Positions 1 through 9,434 are shown, counted from the first letter of the stretch. The stretch: 64,000 bases of DNA from Candidatus Bathyarchaeota archaeon (GCA_963775895.1 CAVZKL010000013.1:34636-98635), one strand, 5' to 3'. Translations and numbers: made by a program. Notes: a model not told the origin generated them from the letters alone.

Positions 1-1006
1 ACGCCCGCCATTCTGGCCTGTACTGAAACATTATGTTTACCCGCGTGGATGTGCCAAGCTTCTTTGCGATCCAGTTGACTATTGGCCTCGTGCAACAGTC
101 AAGATGTTCAGGCAGAACGAGCACCCGCACTATAGTTTCTCCGTACTTTTCAGCCTGTAAGTGATTGTAGGTGCACACTTTCCAGTAACGCGGAGCATCA
201 GAGATCTTCACCGCGCACATTTTGGGACCGTACTTGAAATCCAACAGGTAAACGTCTACAAAACCAGCCAACAGTCGAGCGGTTTCAGGACTGTAGTACG
301 TGTTTGAATTCCAGACGATTGGTACGTTCACGTTAACCTGCTTGAACACGTTCAGCCACTGAAACAGCCAGGGCGTCGGTTCTCCACCGACAAGGTTGAC
401 GTTCCTGCAGCCATTCAGACGCAATTGTTCAATCTTTCTTGCCAATTCCTCACGTTCATAAGTCACACCCTCTTCTTCCCATTGAGAGATCGTCCAGTTC
501 TGACAGTGCTTGCACCGGATAGTGCAGCCCATAGTAAAAATGGTTCCAGAGGGAATCAGTTCGGGCTCTTCACCCATGTGTTCGAAGATGCTTGAAACCT
601 TCATCTCCACCCCGCATTTGCAGTAACCCAATCGCCCCTCTAGTCTGTTTACGGCACATCTACGCGCACATAGGTGACATGACAAAAGAATTCTGTGTGC
701 AATTTCGATCTTCAAGTCAAAGTAGGACTTCTCTGGCGTCGAAACGGTTCCGAGACAAACTTCATCATTATCAACTGACTTCTCAAACTCGTAGAACTTC
801 CGTGTAAGAACGGCGTGTTTTCGCCATAGGGTACTGACCGTGTCCTGTTCATTGAAATCAGCCGGGAGCTTCCTAGCGATCAAAAACTTGGCTGCCTTCT
901 CACCTTTCATCACGGAAAAGTATCTGCCAAGGCTTTTTCTCGCCAAGTAGTCCTCTGTTTTCGAGTTAGCGTCTGTTCGCAGAAATCTCCATCTCCAACT
1001 TTTCAC
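1..1006 (-). CDS. Radical SAM protein, PflX-like (frameshifted; 3' end beyond window)
   Basis: Manual translation of the minus strand gives FEHMGEEPELIPSGTIFTMGCTIRCKHCQNWTISQ (CxxxCxxC) and RVNIMFQYRP. The N-terminus WRFLRTDA...GRYFSVMKGEKAAKFLIA starts at a GTG near 1006. Indels break the frame. Confidence 0.75.
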   Translation of the reverse strand, partial: MKSWRWRFLRTDANSKTEDYLARKSLGRYFSVMKGEKAAKFLIARKLPADFNEQDTVSTLWRKHAVLTRKFYEFEKSVDNDEVCLGTVSTPEKSYFDLKIEIAHRILLSCHLCARRCAVNRLEGRLGYCKCGVEMKVSSIFEHMGEEPELIPSGTIFTMGCTIRCKHCQNWTISQWEEEGVTYEREELARKIEQLRLNGCRNVNLVGGEPTPWLFQWLNVFKQVNVNVPIVWNSNTYYSPETARLLAGFVDVYLLDFKYGPKMCAVKISDAPRYWKVCTYNHLQAEKYGETIVRVLVLPEHLDCCTRPIVNWIAKKLGTSTRVNIMFQYRPEWRA

Positions 1007-1022
1007 TCTAGTCAAACACAGG

Positions 1023-2078
1023 TCAAATTATAGCATAAGGATAGGAGTGTCCGCCAGGATGCAGCTTACCTTTTATTGGAATATCGTGTCCACAGACGGG
1101 ACAACGCATATCCTTCGTCAAGTTCCAACGGGTAATCGTGAAGCTGTAACGCTTTATCACCATTTCATTACAGTTCGGACAATAAGTGCTCTCACACGGA
1201 TGACCCGCCACGTTTCCAACGTAAACGTAGTCCAAGCCAGACTCTTTTGCGGCCACGTAGGCTTTTTCAAGAGTCTCAACAGGCGTCGATCCAGTTCCAG
1301 TTAGCTGATAATCAGGGTGAAAACGCAGCAGATGGAAGGGTGTTTCCTTCCCTATTCCATCTCTGATCCAACTGGCAAGTTCTCTTATTCTTTCCAAGGA
1401 GTCTCCCGTCTTTGGTACAACCAGGTTAGTGATTTCGATGTGAATGTTGTTTCTTCTCATCTCTTTCAAAGCTTCGAAAATTGGCGCGACAGAAGGAACA
1501 GCTGAAAAGGTCTTGTAGAATTCAGGATCAGCGCCACCCTTGAAATCAACAGTGGCGGCGTCAAGATAAGGAGCTATCGTCTTGACAGCCTCAGGTGTCA
1601 TGTATCCGTTCGTTACAAACGTGTTGAAAAAACCAACTTGACGCGCAAGTTTGGACGTGTCATAAGCGTACTCGAAAAATATCGTCGGCTCAGTGTACGT
1701 GTAGCTTATTCCTTGGCAATCATTGTCTCTGGCAGCTTTCACGACTTCTTCAGGCGGGAAATGTTTGCCAGCAATTTTCTTCTCTTGACTTATCATCCAA
1801 TTGTCACAGAATTGACAGCGAAAGTTGCACCCTATTGTGGCAACGGACATGACCATTGCTCCCGGATTGAAGTGTGACAACGGCTTCTTCTCAATAGGGT
1901 CAATACCCGCCGAAACGGCTTTGGCATAGTTCAACGAATACAGGACGCCGCCCTCGTTCTTTCTTACGAGGCAGAACCCTGTTCCGCCATCGTTTATCCG
2001 GCACTTTCTCGCACAGAGAAAACAGTTTACTCTTTTTTCGTCGATCTTCTCGTACAGCATCGCTTCATGAAGCGACAA
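1023..2078 (-). CDS. amrS: AmmeMemoRadiSam-system radical SAM enzyme
   Basis: 351 aa; N-terminal CxxCxxxC, DPIEKKPL, GCNFRCQFCDNW, YTYTEP and a C-terminal CPNC...CPVC. Confidence 0.85.
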   Translation of the reverse strand: MSLHEAMLYEKIDEKRVNCFLCARKCRINDGGTGFCLVRKNEGGVLYSLNYAKAVSAGIDPIEKKPLSHFNPGAMVMSVATIGCNFRCQFCDNWMISQEKKIAGKHFPPEEVVKAARDNDCQGISYTYTEPTIFFEYAYDTSKLARQVGFFNTFVTNGYMTPEAVKTIAPYLDAATVDFKGGADPEFYKTFSAVPSVAPIFEALKEMRRNNIHIEITNLVVPKTGDSLERIRELASWIRDGIGKETPFHLLRFHPDYQLTGTGSTPVETLEKAYVAAKESGLDYVYVGNVAGHPCESTYCPNCNEMVIKRYSFTITRWNLTKDMRCPVCGHDIPIKGKLHPGGHSYPYAII

Positions 2079-2121
2079 CCAACTACCCTCTTGAGTTCTC
2101 GTTCGGGTCTCAGCTTATAAA

Positions 2122-2743
2122 TTAAGCCCTCTCAGTTTTCTCTGCAGGCTGCTCTTTGAGCTCAAAGACTAATGGGGAAGATGTCGTTTTGATATCCAAT
2201 TCGATGTCGAACAATCCTTCCAGCAGACCTGCCCATATGTCAGACTCGTCGATGAAGGGCGTTTTGATGAGTATATACTTGTCCTTCAAATAGAAATCAC
2301 CGAACCCCTGAACTCGGAGCCGCTTGAAAACATCCGTGCCATTTTTCCCGTTCCTGAGTACTAAGTCCCAAGGTTGTCTCAAGAGAGACTTTGATGGCTT
2401 CGCCCATGTTTCTCCCGATTTCGCGCCACTTATCTTCAGGCGTGTTCTTTATCAGCACGTTGAGGAGTTCGACGTTGACAAAGGCAATGCGGCTTATTCC
2501 ACAATAGTATTCCCCTGGAAAACGCCAGTCATAAATCATCATGCTGCGGTACACGTCAAGCATTTTGGAGATCAGAGGCTTAATTCCCGGCTCTTTTCCT
2601 TCACGGATTAAGGAGTCGATGAATTCTCTTTCATCTTTGTCAAGGATTATCGTCGTTCTTCTCGGTGAGCCTTGGTCTTTATCAATCATTTCTCGGAGTT
2701 TCTTTTCTTTGTCGTCCTGCATAGATGATATATCTTGCAGCAT
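2122..2743 (-). CDS. Hypothetical protein split by one frameshift (possible RHH N-terminus plus V4R-like C-terminus)
   Basis: ORFs 2297-2743 and 2122-2382 overlap and read as one protein. RRTTIILD...EFIDSL resembles a ribbon-helix-helix; IGRNMGE...GFGDF...GLLEG resembles V4R-type folds. Confidence 0.5.
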
Positions 2744-2787
2744 ATTTTATATAATTTGCTCCTCAGCCGAAGCATATTCAAACATAA

Positions 2788-3132
2788 TCAGGATCGAACC
2801 ATCACCAAGAGCATCTTGAACCGTTTAGTTGCTTTCAAAGCGTGCGGCTCGTTCGCCGGTATGACAACCATTTCTCCTGCCTTCACAATCGAGGACTTGC
2901 CGCCGATCGTGACATTGGCTTCACCGTCGATGATTTGAATCAGTGCATCATAAGGAGCGGTGTGTTCACTCAAACTCTCAGTCTCGTCAAAAGCAAAAAG
3001 CGTAACCGTTCCAGCCTTCTTGTCAATGATGGTTCTGCTTACGACCGAGCCCTCCTGGTAGTCTATTAAGCCAGTCATTTTTGTCGGTAATGAAAACTCT
3101 GATTTCGGAATCTTGTCCCTAGATCGCTTCAA
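2788..3132 (-). CDS. Cupin domain protein
   Basis: LSEHTAPYDA...GE...IPANEPHAL cupin motifs. Confidence 0.85.
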   Translation of the reverse strand: MKRSRDKIPKSEFSLPTKMTGLIDYQEGSVVSRTIIDKKAGTVTLFAFDETESLSEHTAPYDALIQIIDGEANVTIGGKSSIVKAGEMVVIPANEPHALKATKRFKMLLVMVRS

Positions 3133-3241
3133 ATGCTCACCCTCTTCACATGCTGAAACGATGATTAACGATTAATGATATATAATCTTATCAGCTAGAT
3201 TGACCGAACGATTTTTAATGCAGGCAAAGTACTGTTTAACT

Positions 3242-3298
3242 TGCCGATGACGAGCCATATCCTCTGAAAAAATGATGTACTCTAGGGTATCTGAGGCA
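3242..3298 (+). ncRNA. Box C/D methylation-guide sRNA (predicted)
   Basis: TGCC stem, C box ATGACGA (3247-3253), 10-nt guide, D' CTGA (3264-3267), C' ATGATGT (3272-3278), 12-nt guide, D CTGA (3291-3294), GGCA stem. It is intergenic with a TATA-like TTTTTAAT about 25 nt upstream. Confidence 0.75.
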
Positions 3299-3312
3299 GA
3301 AATACCAACCGA

Positions 3313-3543
3313 CTAAACGAGTATCTTCTTTTTGATAAGATACCACATGAGCACTAGCCCAGCGATTACCATTGCGACGCCGCCAATAGTGGCAGTACGG
3401 TAGCTCCGGTGAAGAATATCAGTCACAGCATATGTCGCATAGGGTCCTCCGAACAGCAGTACTGCCATGATAAGTATCAAGAGCATCTTCAAGTACTTCG
3501 AACGGTTTCCTGCGGCTCCTGTCTTTTGTTTGTCTTCCGACAT
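3313..3543 (-). CDS. Small two-TM membrane protein
   Basis: 76 aa with two hydrophobic helices. Confidence 0.65.
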   Translation of the reverse strand: MSEDKQKTGAAGNRSKYLKMLLILIMAVLLFGGPYATYAVTDILHRSYRTATIGGVAMVIAGLVLMWYLIKKKILV

Positions 3544-3585
3544 TTGTCCTGCGCCTCGGTGGTACGTTAAAATTGACGCTTTCTC

Positions 3586-4242
3586 TTATAACCCTTCCTT
3601 AACTTCGTTGCCTAAAGCTTTCATCAGGAACTTGAACACGGCGAAACCAGCTCCACGATCTGCCCTGAAACCCGTCGTGGCTCCCAGCAGACAAACTCCT
3701 TCCAATCCGCGTTCCTTAGCAAGCCCTAATATTAGACCAGTGGCGCCAACGACTCTTCCTTTGCTGTAGATGACAGCGCCCTTTTCCATAAAATCCAAAG
3801 CCAGTCGCGATGAGGTGGCTGCAACGTACACCTGGGCCTTTTCCTCCTTGACAGGTGCTCCCCCGATCGTGACGATAAAATTGCAGCCTCTTTTTTGAAC
3901 AAAATCTAACGTTTCACTACAAAGCGAATAATGAGCTACGACATCGTCAAAAGACGGTTGGGTGTCCCCAGTCATTATTATGAAGTTGTTCTTCTCTGTG
4001 GTTGCGGAATAGAATTCGTACCGTGGCAAGTGGCAAATGCCTTTTCCGTTCACTGACACATAATCTGGAAATGAAGGGGCGTACAACTCTGCAAATAGCT
4101 TAGCCCCACAGAACTTCATCAACAGATAAGCGGCAATCTTGCCCACGTTTCCGAAGCCAGGAAGACCCTGAACAAAGATTGGATTCTTCAGTTCAGGATT
4201 ATAGAGTTCTCGAAGGTAAGGCCCGTTCAAACCCTTCAACAC
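3586..4242 (-). CDS. PAC2-family (proteasome assembly chaperone-like) protein
   Basis: QGLPGFGNVGKIA, FPDYV, GDTQP and TIGG motifs. Confidence 0.85.
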   Translation of the reverse strand: MLKGLNGPYLRELYNPELKNPIFVQGLPGFGNVGKIAAYLLMKFCGAKLFAELYAPSFPDYVSVNGKGICHLPRYEFYSATTEKNNFIIMTGDTQPSFDDVVAHYSLCSETLDFVQKRGCNFIVTIGGAPVKEEKAQVYVAATSSRLALDFMEKGAVIYSKGRVVGATGLILGLAKERGLEGVCLLGATTGFRADRGAGFAVFKFLMKALGNEVKEGL

Positions 4243-4336
4243 CAGACGGAATAGGTAATCATTGCAGGTCTAAAACGTTTCCGTATTCTTCGAAACCGCC
4301 ACCAAAGGCCCTTCCAGGCAGGCTGTTGCATTGACC

Positions 4337-4359
4337 GATACTGTTAAGTTATTTGTGGT
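4337..4359 (+). repeat. Left terminal inverted repeat (23 bp)
   Basis: GATACTGTTAAGTTATTTGTGGT, exact reverse complement of 9558-9580. Confidence 0.92.
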
Positions 4360-4474
4360 GACCGAAATTACTTGGAATAGAACATGCAGCCTCTGCTAGA
4401 GCCAGATTATCGCAAAATAGTTTAACCTGAACGAAGATATGAGTACAAGCAATATTTGTAAGAGATGTGAATAG

Positions 4475-6460
4475 GTGCCAGAAGGCGAAAAGAACCCTGA
4501 ATTAGATAGTTATTTTGGCACTGTCAAACACATACCTTACGGCAAAATACTCTGCTACATCACCTATAAAATCAGAAAAAACACTCCTGAAGAGAACGTT
4601 AGGCAACGTATTGCAAAAAGTTTGGTTCAAGAATATCGTTATGGAAAAGAAGACATTGACGTAGAATTTCCCATCAAGCTTGGCTCGTCAAACCCCAGAA
4701 TTGATCTTCCGATTTTCTTAGAGGGTTCGTCTCACATACAAGAGAATATCTACATTGTCATCGAAACAAAAAAAGAAAGCATTAAACCGACCGACAAAAA
4801 AGAAGGAGTAGATCAACTTAAGAGTTACATGGCAGCGTGCGTAAATTCTCAATTTGGAATGTGGACAAACGGATTGGAAATACAATGTTTACAGAAGCTT
4901 GAAGAAAAAGGCAAGTACATCTTCAATGACATCATAGATATACCTTCAAAAGGAAAAACTATAGACGAATTTGAAAAGCCCACTTTTGCTCGTTTGCGTC
5001 CTGCTGTAGACTTGCGTGCGGTCTTCAAGAGATGCCATAATTACATTTACGGAAATCAGGGATTACCTAAAGACAAGGCGTTCCATGAACTCTTGAAACT
5101 TATCTTCAGCAAAGTGCGAGACGAACGAGAATCAAAGGAAGTTCAATTCTACACCACAAACAAAGAATTGCACTCGACAACTGGTCATCTTAAGGTTCGA
5201 AATAGAATCGGTAACTTGTTTGAAGAAGTTAAGTCCCAATATCCGCATATCTTCAGTGACCAAGATGAAAAAATAGAACTAAACCCGATGGTATTAACCT
5301 ACGTTGTTAACCAAATTCAACCATATTGCTTCCTTGAGACAGATGCGGATGTTAAAGGGGCTGCGTATGAAGAAATAGTCGGAGCTAATCTTAGAGGTGA
5401 TCGAGGAGAGTTCTTTACTCCGAGAAATGTTTGTTCAATGGCTGTGGAGATGCTATTTTCAACTGTTCGTACAGAGTTGTGGAAAGATCTCAAAATAATT
5501 GATCCAGCGTGCGGTACTGGTGGTTTTCTGATAGCAATACTGAACTATGTCAAGGCCAAGTTCTATGAAGAGGAATTTCTGAAATGGAATGGTGATGACC
5601 AGACTGCAACGCAACGAACCATGGACAGAATCAAACTATATTGCGAACACAGCCTCTATGGAATTGACATTAATCCTTTGCTCGTCAGAGCGACCCAAAT
5701 GAACGAGGTAATGCATGGAAACGGTTCTGGAAATCTCTTCTCTGCAAATTCTCTCTTGTCGCCTACAGAATGGCCAACCAACATGAGAGAAAAAATCGAT
5801 CTGGCAAAATTTGATTTTGTGTTCACGAATCCTCCGTTTGGAACCAAGATCCCCATAGATGATCCGAATATCCTTTTGCAGTATGATTTGGGGCATATTT
5901 GGAGAAAGATTGGAGAACACGAATTTGAAATGACGGACAAATTGCGCAATTCAGTTGCTCCTGAGAAACTGTTTATTGAAAGATGCTTCCAGTTTGTTAA
6001 GCCAAAAGGCAGAATAGCTATAGTTTTGCCTGATAGTATTCTCTCTAATCCGAATTGCACATTCATCCGTTATTGGATTTTAAAGCAGATGAAAGTAATA
6101 GCGAGTATAGATTTGCCAACAGAAACTTTCTTGCCCTTTGTTGGAACCCAAGCAAGTCTTCTCATTTTACAGAAGAAAAAGGTTGATGAAATAGGCTTTG
6201 AAGATATAACAAAAGCCGCTCTTCAGTACGAGGTTTTCATGGCGACTCCAACAAAAGTTGGCCATGATAGGAGAGGAAATCCAACTTATGTGCGAAGCCC
6301 AGAAGGCGATGAGTTATTCGTTGATATTGAAAAGCAAATTACACGAATTGATAAAGGACAGAAGATTAAGGAAAACATTGTGCTTTCTGAAAGGGTAAGA
6401 GATGATGACCTTCCTGAAGTCAGTAGACTCTTTACATCTTGGTGGAGTGATAATAAGTGA
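4475..6460 (+). CDS. Fused restriction endonuclease / N6-adenine methyltransferase (type IIB/IIG-like R-M subunit)
   Basis: N-terminal HsdR_N-like PD-(D/E)xK region (PEENVRQ...RIDLPIF...IETKK); GEFFTPR, IIDPACGTGGFL and NPPFG methyltransferase motifs. Confidence 0.88.
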   Translation: MPEGEKNPELDSYFGTVKHIPYGKILCYITYKIRKNTPEENVRQRIAKSLVQEYRYGKEDIDVEFPIKLGSSNPRIDLPIFLEGSSHIQENIYIVIETKKESIKPTDKKEGVDQLKSYMAACVNSQFGMWTNGLEIQCLQKLEEKGKYIFNDIIDIPSKGKTIDEFEKPTFARLRPAVDLRAVFKRCHNYIYGNQGLPKDKAFHELLKLIFSKVRDERESKEVQFYTTNKELHSTTGHLKVRNRIGNLFEEVKSQYPHIFSDQDEKIELNPMVLTYVVNQIQPYCFLETDADVKGAAYEEIVGANLRGDRGEFFTPRNVCSMAVEMLFSTVRTELWKDLKIIDPACGTGGFLIAILNYVKAKFYEEEFLKWNGDDQTATQRTMDRIKLYCEHSLYGIDINPLLVRATQMNEVMHGNGSGNLFSANSLLSPTEWPTNMREKIDLAKFDFVFTNPPFGTKIPIDDPNILLQYDLGHIWRKIGEHEFEMTDKLRNSVAPEKLFIERCFQFVKPKGRIAIVLPDSILSNPNCTFIRYWILKQMKVIASIDLPTETFLPFVGTQASLLILQKKKVDEIGFEDITKAALQYEVFMATPTKVGHDRRGNPTYVRSPEGDELFVDIEKQITRIDKGQKIKENIVLSERVRDDDLPEVSRLFTSWWSDNK

Positions 6461-7179
6461 CTGAACCGCGAGTCAAGTTAAAAGAAATCGCTCCTGCAAA
6501 AATAGGGCACACAATAATCAGCTCAAAGTGGTTGATGGAAGGTGAAGAAAGACTAGATGCAGAACATTACACGCAAGAAGGATTCAGATTTAAAAAAATA
6601 CTCGAAGAAAGTGGTTATCCTCTTTGGCCTCTTGGAAAATGGAAGATTTTTAATCCTCCTCCTCTAAAGCGACATTTCATCGAAAAATCAGCTATGTCTG
6701 TTCCCTATATCATGCCATCAGAGATGTTTGATTTCAAAGTAACGCCAACAAAGTATGTGGCTCCAAAGAAAATCAAGAATGTAGAAGACTGGTATGTGAA
6801 AGAGGGCTGGATTATTCTTTCGCAATCAGGGAATGCAGGTCGCCCACTGTTTGTAACAAAGGAATACGAAAACATTGTTATCTCTCAAAACGCAATAAGA
6901 ATTGTGCCAGATGAAGATTCTAAAGCTGGCTTTGTCTATGCTTACCTATCCACGAAGATGGGGCAATCACTTTTAGGTCAAGAACAATTCGGCGTAACGG
7001 TAAAACACTTACGTCCTCATCATGTGGCTAATATTCCTGTTCCTGAGATTGACTCTGAAGCATCAAAACGAATCCACCGACAGATTGTTGAGGCTGCACG
7101 TTTAAGAAGTGAGGCAAATAGAATCGAGAATGAAGCTATAGCAGAATTGGATAGACTTTTGACCAAGGTGAAGTCCTAA
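6457..7179 (+). CDS. R-M specificity subunit (HsdS-like, apparently a single TRD)
   Basis: RLDAEHY, GWIILSQSGNAG and IPVP followed by a helical tail; 4-bp overlap with the methyltransferase; 240 aa. Confidence 0.75.
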   Translation: MTEPRVKLKEIAPAKIGHTIISSKWLMEGEERLDAEHYTQEGFRFKKILEESGYPLWPLGKWKIFNPPPLKRHFIEKSAMSVPYIMPSEMFDFKVTPTKYVAPKKIKNVEDWYVKEGWIILSQSGNAGRPLFVTKEYENIVISQNAIRIVPDEDSKAGFVYAYLSTKMGQSLLGQEQFGVTVKHLRPHHVANIPVPEIDSEASKRIHRQIVEAARLRSEANRIENEAIAELDRLLTKVKS

Positions 7180-7273
7180 GCCCTTTACATGTTTTCGAAT
7201 CTAGGTGGTATCCTGTGGGCATACCACAAGACATATATACTGTAAGGTATCTTATAGTATACCTGTGAGACGT

Positions 7274-8188
7274 ATGGCATGCAAATATTGTGGCTCTGAA
7301 AAAGTTCGAAAATGGGGCAAAGTCAAAGGCCAACAGGTCTACAAATGCAAGGACTGTGGACACCGATTCTTCGAGAACGGCAACTTCTCAAAAATGAGAG
7401 TTGAAAAGAATCTAGTCGTTGCAGCACTGAACTTCTACTATGACGGTCTGAGCTTACGCAAGGCACAGAGAAACCTAGAACAAATCTTCGGAGAAAGAAT
7501 AAGCCAAGTCACGATTCTGAATTGGATAAAGAAGTATTCAAAGCTAGTCAAAGATTTCGTCACGACCCTAACACCACAACTCTCAGGTTTATGGCATGAA
7601 GACGAAACCATGCTGTCATGCGAAGGGCGAAATGTTTGGTTCTGGGAAATGATAGACGAAGACACAAGATTTCTAGTAACGTCTCACGTCTCAGGAACAA
7701 GAACCCTAGAAGACACAATAGCAGTATTCAAAAGAGGACTTGAACAGAGCAAGGTCAGACCTAGAGCCGTATTCGTGGATGGAAGCTTTGTGTATGAAAC
7801 AGCTTTCAACAAAGTCTTCTACACGATGAGAAAAGACATAAGACCTGAGCTGGTGCAGAGAGTCGGAATACGAGCGAGAGAGACAAACAATATCGTTGAA
7901 AGGATGCATGGGACAGTCAAAGATCGCACAAGATGTATGAGAGGACTCAAAAGCTTCGAGTCTACAAAGTCACTTCTCGAAGGTTTCACAATTCACTATA
8001 ACTATGTTAGACCTCACCAAAGCCTAAACGGAAAGACACCTGCACAAGCAGCTAGAACACAAGCACCTAGCACGTGGAAAGGTTTGATAGATGAAGCAAC
8101 AAAGCACGAAGCACAAGTATTGGCAAAAGCAACAAGTCCTGAGACAAGAATAGAAGAAGGAAAAAAGGTGGAGGCGATTATAAAATGA
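7274..8188 (+). CDS. DDE transposase with N-terminal Zn ribbon and HTH (IS6/rve-like)
   Basis: CKYC...CKDC, GLSLRKA...ISQVTILNW HTH, WHEDET / FVDGS / NNIVERMH catalytic triad and YNYVRPHQSL. Start set at ATG 7274. Confidence 0.88.
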   Translation: MACKYCGSEKVRKWGKVKGQQVYKCKDCGHRFFENGNFSKMRVEKNLVVAALNFYYDGLSLRKAQRNLEQIFGERISQVTILNWIKKYSKLVKDFVTTLTPQLSGLWHEDETMLSCEGRNVWFWEMIDEDTRFLVTSHVSGTRTLEDTIAVFKRGLEQSKVRPRAVFVDGSFVYETAFNKVFYTMRKDIRPELVQRVGIRARETNNIVERMHGTVKDRTRCMRGLKSFESTKSLLEGFTIHYNYVRPHQSLNGKTPAQAARTQAPSTWKGLIDEATKHEAQVLAKATSPETRIEEGKKVEAIIK

Positions 8189-8352
8189 GAAAAGTGTTAG
8201 TTGCACTTCCAGAGAATGTGGCTGATCTCCTGAACAAGGAGCTTGTCGGAACGATAGGAGAAACTTGCTCAGATACATTGCGAACAATCATAATGAGCTG
8301 GCTCTCAGAGAAAGGCTACTTGACAAAAGGTGGGAAACATGGCAAAGAATAA
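8185..8352 (+). CDS. Ribbon-helix-helix (CopG-like) small protein, 55 aa (not in ORF track)
   Basis: MRKVLVALPENVADLLNKELVGTIGETCSDTLRTIIMSWLSEKGYL...; ATGA overlap with the transposase stop; GGAGG upstream. Confidence 0.7.
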   Translation: MRKVLVALPENVADLLNKELVGTIGETCSDTLRTIIMSWLSEKGYLTKGGKHGKE

Positions 8353-8491
8353 ACCGAAACGAGAACTTGCAGATGAAATTGATCTACTAGACACTATGCT
8401 TTCAAGCCTTGTAGAATTGCTTGAAGAAAAAGGCGTATTATCTCAAACGGAATGGGAAAAGCGAATAAAAGAACGAATTACCGTCAAATAG
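8339..8491 (+). CDS. Small helical protein, 50 aa (not in ORF track)
   Basis: MAKNKPKRELADEIDLLDTMLSSLVELLEEKGVLSQTEWEKRIKERITVK; overlaps the RHH gene; GGTGG upstream. Confidence 0.6.
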   Translation: MAKNKPKRELADEIDLLDTMLSSLVELLEEKGVLSQTEWEKRIKERITVK

Positions 8492-8777
8492 ATGTTCAAC
8501 AATAGATGTTCAAGTTGGCAAAGGTTAGCATGGGAAATTCTGCCAACTTTACCTTACCTTTACCAAATACCAATAAAATTCCTTATATGACGTAGCACCT
8601 AGACGTATAACCCGATGTTCAGGGCAGGTACGACTAAAGTATTCCACTTACCAACTTTGGTTTTTGCCTGCCCTGAACAATTTGCTTAAGCATGACGATA
8701 TTGGAACGTCCACGCGTCGACCTTGCCCGCCTATGTATTGCAGGTACATAGCGTGGTCAATTTATGGTCAATGGCCG
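8487..8777. other. Repeat- and hairpin-rich non-coding segment inside the transposon
   Basis: Tandem AATAGATGTTCAA x2 (8487, 8501); inverted repeat AAGTTGGCA/TGCCAACTT (8512-8549); 13-bp perfect stem 8616-8628/8667-8679 with an inner extension; hairpin CTATGTA-N7-TACATAG (8731-8751). Confidence 0.6.
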
Positions 8778-9434
8778 TCATGCTTTCTGAGCTTGTTCAG
8801 GGCTGGCAACTATGGTCTGAGTCAGTTTGTCAGTGGCACGGAACCATTCTTTAATTCGCCCGCGTTTTCCCTCACTTTTTCCTTCCCTTCGCTCTAAATA
8901 TCCTTCAATTGTCATTATGTCAAGAGCCGACTTCATCGTTTGACCAAAGCGGAGAGTTTGGGTCATTAATGGTGTTAGAGAACGCTTAGAAAACTCGTTA
9001 ACCCCAAAATGTTGAATTATAGTGCCTGCAAATTGGAATATGATGCTAGAGCGATCTCTAATATTCCCTAGACAGAAGGTTCGTCCTCTTGCTCCTCCCG
9101 AAACTTCTGCGAAGAGCGTTCCGTCTGGACGACGATAGTACCTATATTGACCGAAGTCCTTGCCTTGCCCTCTACTTTTGGATGCTTCAAAACCAATTTG
9201 CGTCCCTAAACCGAATACGTCACTTAATCTAGTAGCTTCTGATTTGGGTTCACGTATTGGTGGATGAATTTGGATAGATGCAAAACCATCGTTGTCAACA
9301 GAGATTATGCTCACTTCACTGGCATCTTTGTCAGTTAATGTGAACAGACCATCACTTATCAAGCCATTAGCCCCTAGCCTGAATCTCAAAGGAAGAGGTA
9401 GTTTTCTGATCTTAGTTTCACTTGGTTTTTGCAA
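8778..9434 (-). CDS. Hypothetical protein with probable C-terminal winged-helix domain (transposon cargo)
   Basis: 218 aa; MKSALDIMTIEGYLERRE...GRIKEWFRATDK resembles a wHTH recognition helix plus wing. Confidence 0.55.
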   Translation of the reverse strand: MQKPSETKIRKLPLPLRFRLGANGLISDGLFTLTDKDASEVSIISVDNDGFASIQIHPPIREPKSEATRLSDVFGLGTQIGFEASKSRGQGKDFGQYRYYRRPDGTLFAEVSGGARGRTFCLGNIRDRSSIIFQFAGTIIQHFGVNEFSKRSLTPLMTQTLRFGQTMKSALDIMTIEGYLERREGKSEGKRGRIKEWFRATDKLTQTIVASPEQAQKA

